A DNA stretch of 63,936 nt, filler included, from Octopus bimaculoides (lineage: Eukaryota), in the NCBI RefSeq assembly GCF_001194135.2. It is 4 parts of 4 records of this genome, joined end to end, with 100 filler letters (N's around TTAATTAATTAA, not from the genome) between each part and the next. Parts side by side here need not be neighbours in the genome. Positions count along the whole stretch, not along the records: positions 35,608 to 62,403 come from NC_068994.1; 3 more parts are not named here. One strand, written 5' to 3'. How positions within the stretch are numbered: position 1 is the first letter of the stretch; each line of letters starts with the position of its first letter. This document shows positions 36,991 through 50,239 of this stretch, in pieces. The translations under genes were made by a program, and so were the position numbers. The notes below the pieces were generated by a model, which was not told the origin of the DNA, did not search any database, and saw nothing but the letters and a program-made list of their open reading frames with translations.

Positions 36991-38026
36991 GTGTATTTAT
37001 CTGTTTATGTAAAGTCCTTGGAACTATTCCTGGTATTATTTTTACCATTGTAATGAATCCTGGTGAGAGATGAAAACAAAAACAGTTTGAAATGAAATCT
37101 CATTGAATTCTTTCATTATTTGAACAAAATGATTATCTTGACTGTCGTTCTTTTTACTTTCCAGTTCACGTCCAGTTTTTTTTTTTTTTTTTTNNNNNNN
37201 NNNTTTTTTTTTTTTTGTTTTGTTCTTTCTCTACTTTGCTTTTTCCTCTTTTATTTTCCTCTTTTCATTTATAATTACGTCAACTATATTCTTAATTAAT
37301 ATCTTTTTTCCATGGTGCTGAAGGATTTCTTTTAGTATTTTTATTGGTTTCAGCCAGAGGTTGTGGCCATGCAGGGGCACCGTGAATAATTTAAATGAAA
37401 CTTTTTGATGCTATTTGCATCAATTGGCAATATATGCTTTGGTGTTAGGGATATAATCTGGATGTAAAATGTCCATGTCAACCAGTCATGCAAATATCAC
37501 AGTTGAGAGAGCATTCAACTTGCATTAACATGCATGTGTGCACACTTGGTACATTTGATTCTGATGAGCCACATACACAATAAATGCAAGAGATAATTTG
37601 ATTTGTGTGTGTTATAATTCTGTAATGGCTAACATCGAAGTGGACCATGGTATTAACCTCTATATCACTGGGTCGTAACCTAGGCAGTAGTGCCCACATC
37701 GTAAACTCATAAAGGAGCACTATGCTGGAGTGCTGAGTCTTTTGAAGGGCCAAGATATTTCTCAGAAATAAAATATTTAAGCCAAGTATAAAAAATTTGT
37801 TTCAGAGTTAGAACATAAGTCTAATGTTGAACAGAAACATGACTGATGATGTGCCAAAGTCCAATGTAATGTTGTTATCAAAGTACTCACCTTCTTCAGT
37901 AATTTCCATAAAAATTTAACAACGTGGCCTGCTAATTAATTACGCATTATCTTGTAGCTCTGACATTTCGATGGTGTGTTTGTTTAGTTGTTTCAGAATG
38001 ACATTGCTGTGTAGGTGTAAGAGGCT

Positions 38027-38266
38027 AAGTCTTATTTCTTTATTGCCCCCAAGGGGCTAAACATGGAGGGGACAAACAAAGACAGACAAAGGGATTAAGT
38101 CGATTACAACGATCCCAGTGTGTAACTGGTACTTATTTAATCGACCCCGAAAGGATGAAAAGCTAAGTCGACCTCGCCGGAATTTGAACTTAGAACGTAG
38201 CGGCAGACGAAATACCGCAAAGCATTTCGCCCGGCGTGCTAACGTTTCTGCCAGCTCGCCGCCTTA
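38027..38266 (-). mobile_element. Family B tRNA-head SINE, young, with an 11-bp TSD, inserted into a piggyBac-like MITE. Other copies: ~5060-5190, 11797-11990 (-), 26945-27090, 50701-50915
   Basis: TGTAAGAGGCT at 38016-38026 and 38267-38277. Head GGCGAGCTGGCAGAAACGTTAGCACG…GTTCTAAGTTCAAATTCC; CpGs intact. Confidence 0.9.
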
Positions 38267-39432
38267 TGTAAGAGGCTGAATCTTGCCAGGTTGAACATCA
38301 AACAGCTGGAATATTTGAGCTGGGTATGGCCAGCTTAAACACTAAAGGGTTAATGATAGTGTTCCATGCTGGCATGGGTTGAACAGTTTGACTGGGTCTG
38401 ATGGATTCAAGAACTACATGTTCCAGTGTTTGCTTTGGCAAGGTTTTTACAGCTGGATGCCCTACCTAACACCAACTACTTTACTGGGTGCTTTTTTTTT
38501 TTTTTGTGCCATTGGCACAGGCAAGGTTGCCATGCAGCTCATGAGGGAGAGAGAGAGTACAAAACGGGATGGTTTTGGTGGTAGGACAGCATTTATGCAA
38601 GGAGACAGGTGCAAGTGGGCTTTCAAGTATAGAAGGAGGGAGGGGTAAGCAGGTTTTTGTAGAGGTACTACATGGTTACTCATCGTTAAAAGAGATAATA
38701 AGAATGATCAGTGGGAGCTGCAAGCTCAAGGGGGATCCTCAAGGTATGAGGTGTGTTGAGACTGGAACTAGAAGTGTGAGTGAAGATTTGCAGGAGTGTA
38801 TGAGGGAGCAAGAGTTGGTGGAAATGGAGGTGAGAAACAACTTTAATGACTGGGTAGGATTAAATGGTGGTTGCAAGGAGTGATGGAACCAATGCCCTGC
38901 ATTGTTTTTCTCTGAAGAAAGATGATTATCTGAAACATTAAATTTTTCTCAAAGTAATTTTGTTTCTTCTGGTGGCGAGGTTTTTCTGTCTTTCTTTTGT
39001 TGCCAAGTGTTAGAGTTTCATGTCCAGATTTGTACATAAATTTCAACTGTTGCCTATCAAATGTCTTGATCAGAAACTTGTACTTAATTATCTTTTTGAA
39101 AACTGTCAAACTGAAGACAGAAGAGAATTATTAGCAAAATTTAGTTTGTGTAGGCTAAGTTAAATTAAAATATAACTGACGAGGGAGGTGGGGGGAACAT
39201 AGCATTGGTGTTGATTCAAGACATAGTGACAAAAATAGCAACAGATGATGATATCCCAAATATTTCTCATAAATTCTAGGAGAGCTATCTTTAGCTGGAA
39301 TGAAATAGATCAGATATATTAATATGATGAGTTTAATTCCCACCAGACTTAAACATCCATCTGATACAAAAATTTTGTATGTTCATGCTAGAGTTCCCTT
39401 TATTTTTGGAAATACTCTTTTTATCTTTTACC

Positions 39433-39646
39433 TTTTACTCTTTTACTTGTTTCAGTCATTTAACTGTGGCCTTGCTGGAGCACCGCCTTTAGTCGAGCAA
39501 ATCAACCCCAAGACTTATTCCTTGTAAGCCTAGTACTTATTCTATCGGTCTCTTTTGCTGAACCGCTAAGTTACGGGGACGTAAACACACCAGCATCGGT
39601 TGTCAAGTTAAGTGATGTTGGGGGGGACAAACACATATACAAACAC

Positions 39647-39683
<37 letters not shown>

Positions 39684-39849
39684 CGACGGGCTTCTTTCAG
39701 TTTCCATCTTCCAAATCCACTCACAAGGCTTTGGTCGGCCCGAGGCTATAGTAGAAGACACCTGCCCAAGGTGCCACGCAGTGGGACTGAACTCGGAACC
39801 ATGTGGTTCGTAAGCAAGCTACTTACCACACAGCCACTCCTACACCTAT
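39433..39849 (-). mobile_element. Family A SINE, full length
   Basis: Reverse-complement match to family A. Confidence 0.9.
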
Positions 39850-41024
39850 AAAACTGTTGACTTTATATTATTAAATACCTCCTCACACTATTTCTCTCCC
39901 TTCTAATAGGGATGCATGCAGCTAGTTTGATCTGTAGAAGTTGAAGGATTGTTGGTATTTGCTCTCTGTGTCTCAAGCAAAAACACTTAGCAATGACCTA
40001 AGTTAGTTTGAGATGTATTTAAATGCAGTGAATGCTAAAAAGCATAATTAGAAATAATTGCGCAGCAAAGAACAAATATTAGTCAAAGCCTGTTATTTTG
40101 ATTACTCCTGCAAGTATTTACTGAGACCAGGCACATGACTGTGTGGTCAAGAGGTTTAATTCACAACTGTATTGCTTCCGGTTCAATATGTATTAGTGGC
40201 TCCTTCTATAAGTGTCTTCCACTATTCTCTTTTGATTGACCAATACTTCAAGTGGAATTCAGTAGACAGAAACTCTTCAGAAGTCTTTCATATGTTGGAA
40301 CACACACACACACACAGACGTATAGTTATGTAGGCATTTGTGTGTATACATACAAATATCATTATAATCATCAACATTTAACATCTACTTTCCATGCTGG
40401 CATGGGTTGGACAGCTTGTCAGGAACTGGCAAGACCAGGGTCTGCATCAGGTTCCATAGTCTGTTTTTGCTTGATTTCTGTGGCTGGATGTTCTTCCTAA
40501 CACCAACTATTCCACAGTGTACTGTGTGCTTTTTACAAATGTATAGGTATGTATGTATGTATGTATGTATATGTATACACACATATATGCACATACACAT
40601 GTGTATGTATAGAGTGTAAGTGTTCTTTAAACAAAATCTCTTGTGATATTTGTTTTGCATCAAATTATCCCAGGTCACACTCACTATGGGAAATGTAGTC
40701 ACCTAGTAATTGACCTATTAGAAAACTCTAAATGAATGAGTGTTGTTTACAAATTGTGATATAAATATAAGTGAAAACTGGACATGTTTTGATCTTATTA
40801 GACCTCCTCACTGATGCATAAACTTCGGCCTATCTATGATGGATAAATGTGCAATATCATTCACAAATTCATTCACCATGGCATCTGTCTCTACAAGCAG
40901 AGGAATCCTCCCTCAATTCTGCTCTCCATTAACTACTTGTTGCTGGCCTTTGTTTTGAGGATCTACCTTTCAGCTATGCATGATTTGCAACTTGATGGGT
41001 GTCTTAAGCACTCAAGCGGCTTAT

Positions 41025-41087
41025 GCAATAATACTTCTAATATAATATAAAGCTTCAAGCTTTATATTATATTAGCGTTATTATTGC
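41025..41087. repeat. AT-rich palindrome
   Basis: Perfect 19-bp arms CTAATATAATATAAAGCTT around one C (41037-41075), extended by 9-bp arms GCAATAATA/TATTATTGC after a 3x3 internal loop. Confidence 0.9.
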
Positions 41088-41939
41088 TTTTCTTCTTTTT
41101 TTTTATCTAGAGGAAGGACACCCTTGTCCTCTAGAAGCCCTTAGAGACTGCATTTCAAATACCAGACAGTAGCATCTATTATTACTAGGCCTTCATGTAA
41201 GTTGGGCTACATGGAGTCAAGTTAAATTCAACCACAGTCAAAAGTATATTAACTAGGACCATCTAGTTCTTTTAGGAATATAAAGGACTACATTATGTAA
41301 TTTAGTTCTCACCTTCTAAAGATGTATAGTATGATTTAAGAAAAGATTAGCTGCTCTTTCTAACAAGTTATTAACTGTTAAGGCTCTTGTTGGTTTGCTT
41401 GTGGATATTAATGAGGTCATATTTTCCAAGAATGCTTTGATAGGATTTTTTTTTTTTTTTCGGGGTATATAATATGATTACGAGTTAATTGATGAGTATT
41501 GGTGAGCACTGGATGCACAAAATTCATGTAAAGGTTCATGTTTTCCTGGAAGTTTGTGATGTGAAGATAATTAATTCTGATAGAGAAATAAAACTGGTTC
41601 AAGTAGATTGGTTGGTAGTTGGCCATAAACAATGAGTGAAGCTTGCTGTTTTTTGTTTTTTTTTGTTTTTTTTCCATTGTTATAATCTGAAGAAAATGAG
41701 TACAAGTATTTGGTAGTGGTTGTCTGTATTGTTAAGACAAACAATTTTTAAGGAAAATATCTTGTTCTGTATACTTTATTCTCTTAGTATTCTTTGTTTG
41801 CTTGTAGAAGAATTTTTTGACAGAATGTAAAGGAAGTTTGCCATTACTTTCATTCTATGGTTGATGGCTGTAGCTTTATTTGAATTTAGAGCTCTTAAGT
41901 TACCTTAACTATTGACCAATTATCTCTAGAATTTGGCTC

Positions 41940-42335
41940 TCATCATCATCGTCGTTTAACGTCCGCTTTCCATGCTGGCATGGGTTGGATGGTTTGACTG
42001 AAGGCTGCACCAGGCTCAATCTGATTTGGCAAAGTTTCTACAGCTGGATGCCCTTCCTAATGCCAACCACTCCAAGAGTGTAGTGGGTGCTTTTACGTGC
42101 CACCAGCACAAGGGCCAGTCAGGAGGTTCTGGCAACGACCATGCTCAAAAGGTATTTTTTATACGTGCTACCTGCATGGGAGCCAGTCCGGCAGCACGAA
42201 TGTTGTCTTTCACGTGCCACCGGCACGGGAGCCAATCTGACCCTGGTAACAATCACGCTGGGATGTGCTTTTAACGTTCCACTGGCATGAGTGCCAATCA
42301 GGCGGTACTGTCATCGGCCACGTCAGTGATTTTAC
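41940..42335 (-). mobile_element. Family D retroposon (RTE-tail-sharing SINE). Other copies: ~6140-6195 (+), 8140-8345, 8443-8566, 35622-35955, 38365-38520, 40372-40530 (all -)
   Basis: Shared CATCATCGTTTAACGTCCGCTTTCCATGC…GGATGCCCTTCCTAA(C/T)GCCAACCAC. The 42.1-42.3 kb part has ~60-nt internal repeats (…ACGTGCCACC…GCCAGTC). Confidence 0.85.
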
Positions 42336-45300
42336 TATCAAATTTATATTTTCTAAGTAGACTGTGTATGTTAGATGCCTTACTCGAGCACAAAGCAGCA
42401 GTTATGATGGTTTGCAAACTCCCAATCCATGAGCTGATTTTCAAACAAATTTTGCCTTCTCATTTCATTTATTGGAATCATGATAATAGGCAATTCTTTG
42501 AAATTAGCACAAGCTTATGTTAAATAACTTCAGAGTTTAAACATTGTTGAAATTTTTAGTTTCCTAACCAAGTTTATTTCAATTTTTTATTTCATTCTGA
42601 GTAGTTTTTGTCAGAATACTTTGGAAATTTAGTGTAATTGTCTATCAGAAAATTTATCTTGCCCATATTCAGCAGTTTCTCATAAAATTCTGGTAACATT
42701 AGCATAGAAATTTCTGTTTGGACCACAGACTTAATCAGTCTGACCTAACTTTTTTGTGACCATATTCTATTATGAAGTTCGCTGCTCACAAAGAATTTAG
42801 TAAAATAACTAACCTCTCCACGAATCTGATGTTTGGAATGTAACTTAAAATAAATTCTTTTATAAGATTATGATAGCTTGAATATAAACACTTGAAACTA
42901 TCCAATTTTTGTATCATAAAACTAGGGTGATCTCAGGTGATTTGGTATCAGAAAGGTTATGATCCTATGTTGAAAGTATCCACGACTATCTCCAAATCCT
43001 AAACTGCTAGTAAGTGTGAATGAATGTTGTTGTTTGAGGTCAGAAACTAGAAGAACTAAGCACTTTTCTGTGCAAGGAACTAAGTTTAGCTTCATTTTAG
43101 AATGAACTTCATATTAAAAGACTGTCTGTTTGCACCATGTGTATTTAATTTTTGCATTTTACTGAGTGAATTTCTCCAGATTTTTATTCTTTCAATGTTA
43201 AGCACAATGGGAATTAATACTTAAAGTGGTGAGTTAGAATTTGGTGATTTTATTTATTAATGATTTAATCTGAGAATGAGAGCTTGGATTAAAGAAAATA
43301 GTGATATTTCAATGTCACAAATTGATGTTAGGATTTATTGGTTCTGAACAGGATTGTACTTGATATTGCAGTGATGCTTTTTATTAGTGTGTGGTGAGGA
43401 TTTAAAAATATAAATAAAATATTAATTTACTAATATATTTTAAGTGTGAGGTCTCTGCATATTGACCGGTTAATGAGGAGTGTGTAATTATTGTAATATG
43501 AGTATATAACACTAATTTGTTGGGCCTTATAAAAACTTTGAATGGAGAAGATTGAGGCATATATTAAAATACATTTTTTAATGAGATTTGTGCAGCTTCC
43601 AAGTTAAAGAAACTAACTGAAGCACAAATTCATCAGAGAAAACAAATTTATGGCCAGCAAATGATACCTTGTAAATATGTTAAAACATAAATCAACTTAC
43701 CTGTATTCAACCTACTTGGGCTAGTGAAAGTGACATGACAACAGGTAAAACCCCACATTCACAATGTACCCCAACAATCATTATATCATGTCAACAAATT
43801 TCATCCAGATTCCTGCAATAGTTATATTATTGTAATTTTTATACTGGGCTAGGGACAGGCATGGCTGTGTAGTTAAGTTTGCTTTAGGTTTGGTCCCATC
43901 TTGGGCAAGTGGGCTTTCTACTGTAGCCCTGGGTGAAACAACGCCTTGTAAGTGAATTTGCTAGATGGAAACTGAAAGAAGTCTGTTTATGTATGAGTGA
44001 GTGATTTCATATTTCCTTGTCTACATGTGTTTCACCCACTGGTTTGTAAAAATGACTTTGCTTACAGTCCACTATGAAAACATGTGTAAACTGTTTGTTG
44101 TTTGATAAACGAGATTATTATTACTTCACAGGTAAGGGTGAGGAGGAGGCAACAGTAAGGGCACGTGGTCACAGAAAACTCTGCCCCTACATTCTTTAAT
44201 TTGATCTATGCAAGCATGGAAAATCAAATGTTAAAGATGATAATGATGACTAATTGTAGTCCTTTGAAATCTTTAGTTTTTAACTAGATTGGGAGCTTTA
44301 TCTAGAGAAAAGGCACTGTAGGACTTTGAACCAAACTGCTCCTTTTGAGAATAACTTTGTATCTTCATGCATAGTTTTATACTACAGGAATCCACGATAC
44401 AGGATTTATTCTCTCCCTGTCCTTGGAGGTCGTGGTTGGAAAATGATGGGTGTTGCTCTTCCTCATTCTGGTTAAACTGTACGTAGAATATATCCATGTA
44501 AATTTCATCTTGATACACACATATATGTACATGCACAACAAGCTTCTTTTAGTTTCCATCTACCTAATCCAGCCAAGAAGGCTTTTTTAGTTCACCAGGG
44601 CTATAACAGATGATATTTGCTCAAAGTGCCTCACAGTGGGACTGAATCTGAAACTACATGGTTGCAAAGCAAACTTAAGTCAGTCTTGGCTGTGTGTGGG
44701 TGTTAGAGCTAGAAAAAAAAAAAAAACCTTCAGAAACCATCACTCAATTTCATGTGACCATTGTCAGACAGTTGTGAGAATTCAGAATATTATTATCTGT
44801 ATTCTCACAATTGTTTGAACATTTACTTGAAACTGTGAGTGATAGTTTGTGAAGATTTTTTTCAGCTTCAGTGAAATAGTATTTTAGTCTGTCTGCCTTA
44901 GATAGTCAAGCACTATTTTCTCCTTGTTTTGCACCTCTCTCTCTCTTTATTNNNNNNNNNNNNNNNNNNNNNNNNNNNNNNNNNNNNNNNNNNNNNNNNN
45001 NNNNNNNNNNNNNNNNNNNNNNNNNNNNNNNNNNNNNNNNNNNNNNNNNNNNNNNNNNNNNNNNNNNNNNNNNNNNNNNNNNNNNNNNNNNNNNNNNNNN
45101 NNNNNNNNNNNNNNNNNNNNNNNNNNNNNNNNNNNNNNNNNNNNNNNNNNNNNNNNNNNNNNNNNNNNNNNNNNNNNNNNNNNNNNNNNNNNNNNNNNNN
45201 NNNNNNNNNNNNNNNNNNNNNNNNNNNNNNNNNNNNNNNNNNNNNNNNNNNNNNNNNNNNNNNNNNNNNNNNNNNNNNNNNNNNNNNNNNNNNNNNNNNN

Positions 45301-46765
45301 NNNNNNNNNNNNNNNNNNNNNNNNNNNNNNNNNNNNNNNNNNNNNNNNNNNNNNNNNNNNNNNNNNNNNNNNNNNNNNNNNNNNNNNNNNNNNNNNNNNN
45401 NNNNNNNNNNNNNNNNNNNNNNNNNNNNNNNNNNNNNNNNNNNNNNNNNNNNNNNNNNNNNNNNNNNNNNNNNNNNNNNNNNNNNNNNNNNNNNNNNNNN
45501 NNNNNNNNNNNNNNNNNNNNNNNNNNNNNNNNNNNNNNNNNNNNNNNNNNNNNNNNNNNNNNNNNNNNNNNNNNNNNNNNNNNNNNNNNNNNNNNNNNNN
45601 NNNNNNNNNNNNNNNNNNNNNNNNNNNNNNNNNNNNNNNNNNNNNNNNNNNNNNNNNNNNNNNNNNNNNNNNNNNNNNNNNNNNNNNNNNNNNNNNNNNN
45701 NNNNNNNNNNNNNNNNNNNNNNNNNNNNNNNNNNNNNNNNNNNNNNNNNNNNNNNNNNNNNNNNNNNNNNNNNNNNNNNNNNNNNATAAAATATATGTTG
45801 TATACACATATTGAGGTAAATAAGTTTCTTCTAAGACTTGTAATTAATTAGATTAATATTAAATTTTAACTCTAAAAATTCTTGAAAAGCATTCTTACAA
45901 TGTTCACTTCTAACTTTTTTTTTTTTTTACTGTGGATGTACATGGAAATTTGTGTTGTATGTGCAAATTTTATCTTTGCAAGGTATGTGCCTATCCATGA
46001 GTAGCCATTTCCTAAATGCTTTATTGAGCACCTCAGTAAATGCACTTTTTAAGAGTGTATAATGATTTTATTATGAAATTATATGATTAATTCCTTGTGT
46101 TTAAACAAAATTTTGATATTTTCTTGAAAACCTTGTGCACACATGCTGTTTCATTTTTTGTGAGCGAGTTGTAAAGCATGCATATGCATAACAAGTCCAC
46201 AGCTCCAAGAAAACATTGCTTGTGCTAAACTGAAGATTATATTTGTGCTAAACTGAACTTATATTTGTTGATCTCACTACTAAAGAACTACCAGGATATG
46301 ATGAATATTTCATGTTCTGAAAAGGTTGGTGTTTTATCATATCTAGGATTAATGTAAATTTGAGAATCTAAACACAAATTTAAGACATGCCCACTCCTAG
46401 TTTAATTTTATCTTAGTTTACTAACATTTTTAGCAAATTGTACCTAGAATTCAAGGACACTTGATGCTCTGTTTTGGCAAAACTCATCTCTCTTTCTCTC
46501 TCTCTCTCTCTCGATAATTTTTGAAACCTTATCTATTCAGTACTATGCTAAACATTTAATCTTTTTTTCTCTCCAAGAAAGGGCTTGGTTTGAAAAATCT
46601 TATAGCTCCCACAACATATGAGCTGATCCAAGTTTGCTGACATTTTTGGATTTATTATAGTTGTGTTAGCTCTTTCTTTTTCTATTACTCTGTCTCATAC
46701 TGTATCATTGTCCATACACACAGTATACATATGTATGTATAAAATGAGTTGTTTTATCTCTTGAC

Positions 46766-47007
46766 CAGTGGTTCTCAACTAGGATCCATATGGCCCTTGC
46801 GGGCTCATGTAAGATTTTGTTGAAATCTGTGCAATGAATTGGTTTTACTTCTTACAATAGGCAAGATATTTTGACAATTTTGTTTATACAATTCCTAATA
46901 ATATTTAATTATAGAAATAATATAATAGGATTTTTTTAAACATTGAATGGCTAGGAGAGGGCCCATCTGAGTAAAATAGGAATCAAAGGGCTCCATTGGT
47001 AACACTG
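46766..47007. mobile_element. hAT/Charlie-like MITE (242 bp)
   Basis: CAGTGGTTCTCAA … TTGGTAACACTG termini; 8-bp TSD CTCTTGAC / CTCTAGAC (7 of 8), the NTCTAGAN target typical of Charlie elements. Confidence 0.85.
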
Positions 47008-48586
47008 CTCTAGACAATCCATCATGTCATTTTAAGAAATCTTATTAAAGTACCCAGTCTGTATGAGATTAATTAATTTTCCAGAACTTATTTCTTGTGT
47101 CAAAGCATACGAGATGTGTATGTCTGCTTTACGAAGGGGAAAAAAAAAATTCAAAGAAAAAAAAAACGAAAAAATTCATGGTTCACATATCACTAAGAAT
47201 TGCTTAGCAATAATGATTAAAGTGTATAATTAAACAAGGCTAGGCCTATTTTCCTGCTATTTTTGAATAAGTAGAAGAGTAAAAAACATAGTTCACTATT
47301 GTTTATTTCCTTCAGATATGCAAACAAAACACTGACTTTATTGTTTGTAATAGAATTTATGAAATTACTTATGTGTATTGTTAGGGATATGTGTGTGTTT
47401 GTGTAGCTTGTGATCAGTTCAACCAAGTAGTAGTTGGATTGTAGTTATTTTTCAGTAAGGTGGACTAAATAGGTTTTAGCTTAGAAAAAAAAAAAGCTTA
47501 TAGTATTTAAGCAATTTTTTATTTTATTTTGTTTATTGGAGGTGGAGAAAAACTTTGTACTTTAACCATACACAACTTTAAAGAAACAACTAACAGCTCT
47601 TTGCTGCACTCTCTCACATGCGAATGCCATCCCAAAAAGGCATCTGGTTGAAACAACAACAAAAAACAAAAAACAAAAAAAAAACCCTTTGTGCAAATAC
47701 ATTTGTTTTTTTAACACAATTGTGTTTGAGAAAAATGAATGTAAAACTACTTAAATGATTATGCTCTCTCTCGCACACACTTTCTCTCTCACTTTCTCTC
47801 TCTCTCTTTTTCTCTTTCTCTCTCTTTCTCTCTCTCTCTTCTGTATAAATGCTTGAACTATACAGTTGTATATAAGCAGATGCAGTGTAATATCACCCCA
47901 GTGTTTTTGTGTAGAGGGTAGTGACACTTGGCACAAAGTGGTTCAATGCTGATAAAACCCTAGGACTGACGTTTTAATTTCCACCACCACCACCACCACC
48001 ACCATCCCTCACTGACCTCCCACCCACCCAACTCACCCAGCTATTATTCTGCTTTAATGGAACAAACACTCTAGATGAATGATTTCAACTGCATGTTTAT
48101 TCTAAATAAATATCACCATTGGTACCCACCTCTTGCCATCTCTCTCCTCTAGAGCATTAGATTTATTAGTATTAGTTTGACACAGGACTAACATCTGAGG
48201 TTACAGTGGTGGAGGTGGTGGGGGGGAGGTCATGAGAAAAGAATGAATGAAATTAATACCAGCAGGCACTTTCGGCAAGTGTCTTGTACAATGGCTTTGG
48301 CTTCACCAATGCTTAGTGGGTGAAATTTGGTAGCTTGGGAAAATGTGCAGAAGCCTGCTGTGTGTGTGTATGGTGAGAATGTGTATGTAATATTGTGAAT
48401 GCAGGTGTGTGTGTGTGTGTATGTATGTATGTGTGTGTGTGTATATATATAGATATAGATATATATTCCATGTATCGTGTCCTTACCTAAATTTCCTGTC
48501 CATTAAGTTTTCGTCTAGTTTTCTGTCTCCCCTGCTTTTGTCTGACTTTTCTCCTTGTGTTCTTTCTGTTCAGTCCTTGAGATATG

Positions 48587-48634
<48 letters not shown>

Positions 48635-49027
48635 CGAATGAGTGGATAAATGAAAGAAAAGGATACTCAGCTCATTTACTAGGTGTTACGTGTATTATTT
48701 AACCTGTTCGTATTCAGATTACTCTCTCAAATGTAATGCTCATTTAATCACAGTTTTCAATTAATCATACATTATCTTGTCGTTTCAAGAATTCGATGTG
48801 ATAGTTTATTTTTAGAATGACATTGTGGGATAGGTGTGAGAGACTGGATCTGGTTGGTTTTGAACATAAAACAGGTAGAATGTCTGAGTCGGCTATGGCC
48901 AGTTCAAATGCTGAAGGGTTAAAACAGTATTAAAAATCTAGAGCCTGAAAGAGATGGGCTTCTGTTAGATGCCTGCGAAACTTTGTCGCATGGAATCAAA
49001 TCAAACTGTTTTAAATAATATAAATGT

Positions 49028-49063
<36 letters not shown>

Positions 49064-50208
49064 ACAAAACAGTGGGTGTGTATATATTTTACGTATATGT
49101 ATATTAAAAGATATGGATGCCAGCAAACAATTAAATAGAATTAAAAATACATTGTGGCATTTATGAGTTGTATTGGCACTCCTGTATCATTTTCATGCTC
49201 TGAGATAGAAGGAATTAGTTATTTGGCCTGCAAGAATACCTATAACCAACAACAATATGATTCACAAATATATGATATAATAATATGGAGAAAATATATA
49301 CGAGTTTGGTGTTGGGAAATAATGTTGCAAAATTTGAAGCGGGTGAGAGAGAGAGGGAGAGGGAGAGAGAGAGAGAGANNNNNNNNNNNNNNNNNNNNNN
49401 NNNNNNNNNNNNNNNNNNNNNNNNNNNNNNNNNNNNNNNNNNNNNNNNNNNNNNNNNNNNNNNNNNNNNNNNNNNNNNNNNNNNNNNNNNNNNNNNNNNN
49501 NNNNNNNNNNNNNNNNNNNNNNNNNNNNNNNNNNNNNNNNNNNNNNNNNNNNNNNNNNNNNNNNNNNNNNNNNNNNNNNNNNNNNNNNNNNNNNNNNNNN
49601 NNNNNNNNNNNNNNNNNNNNNNNNNNNNNNNNNNNNNNNNNNNNNNNNNNNNNNNNNNNNNNNNNNNNNNNNNNNNNNNNNNNNNNNNNNNNNNNNNNNN
49701 NNNNNNNNNNNNNNNNNNNNNNNNNNNNNNNNNNNNNNNNNNNNNNNNNNNNNNNNNNNNNNNNNNNNNNNNNNNNNNNNNNNNNNNNNNNNNNNNNNNN
49801 NNNNNNNNNNNNNNNNNNNNNNNNNNNNNNNNNNNNNNNNNNNNNNNNNNNNNNNNNNNNNNNNNNNNNNNNNNNNNNNNNNNNNNNNNNNNNNNNNNNN
49901 NNNNNNNNNNNNNNNNNNNNNNNNNNNNNNNNNNNNNNNNNNNNNNNNNNNNNNNNNNNNNNNNNNNNNNNNNNNNNNNNNNNNNNNNNNNNNNNNNNNN
50001 NNNNNNNNNNNNNNNNNNNNNNNNNNNNNNNNNNNNNNNNNNNNNNNNNNNNNNNNNNNNNNNNNNNNNNNNNNNNNNNNNNNNNNNNAATATATATTTT
50101 TTTTTACTAACCCACCACAACAAGCAGAATGTTAGATTACATTTTCAAACACAAATACAGTTGTGTTTAGTGGTTGTAGACTCCAGTGCTTGCTCTTATT
50201 TATAAAAA

Positions 50209-50239
<31 letters not shown>

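Noticed and set aside
37470-37540. TSHANITVERAFN resembling a hAT dimerisation motif
   Set aside because: It is too short and has no supporting flanking similarity.
43695-43815. Minus-strand exon-like unit (TATTGCAG|…CAG|GTAAGT)
   Set aside because: It has stops in all three frames. It could only be a non-coding exon, and there is no other support.
44115-44137. Second AG|GT recursive-like site (TTACTTCACAG|GTAAGG)
   Set aside because: It appears to lie inside a decayed retroposon fragment, so it is more likely repeat-derived than selected.
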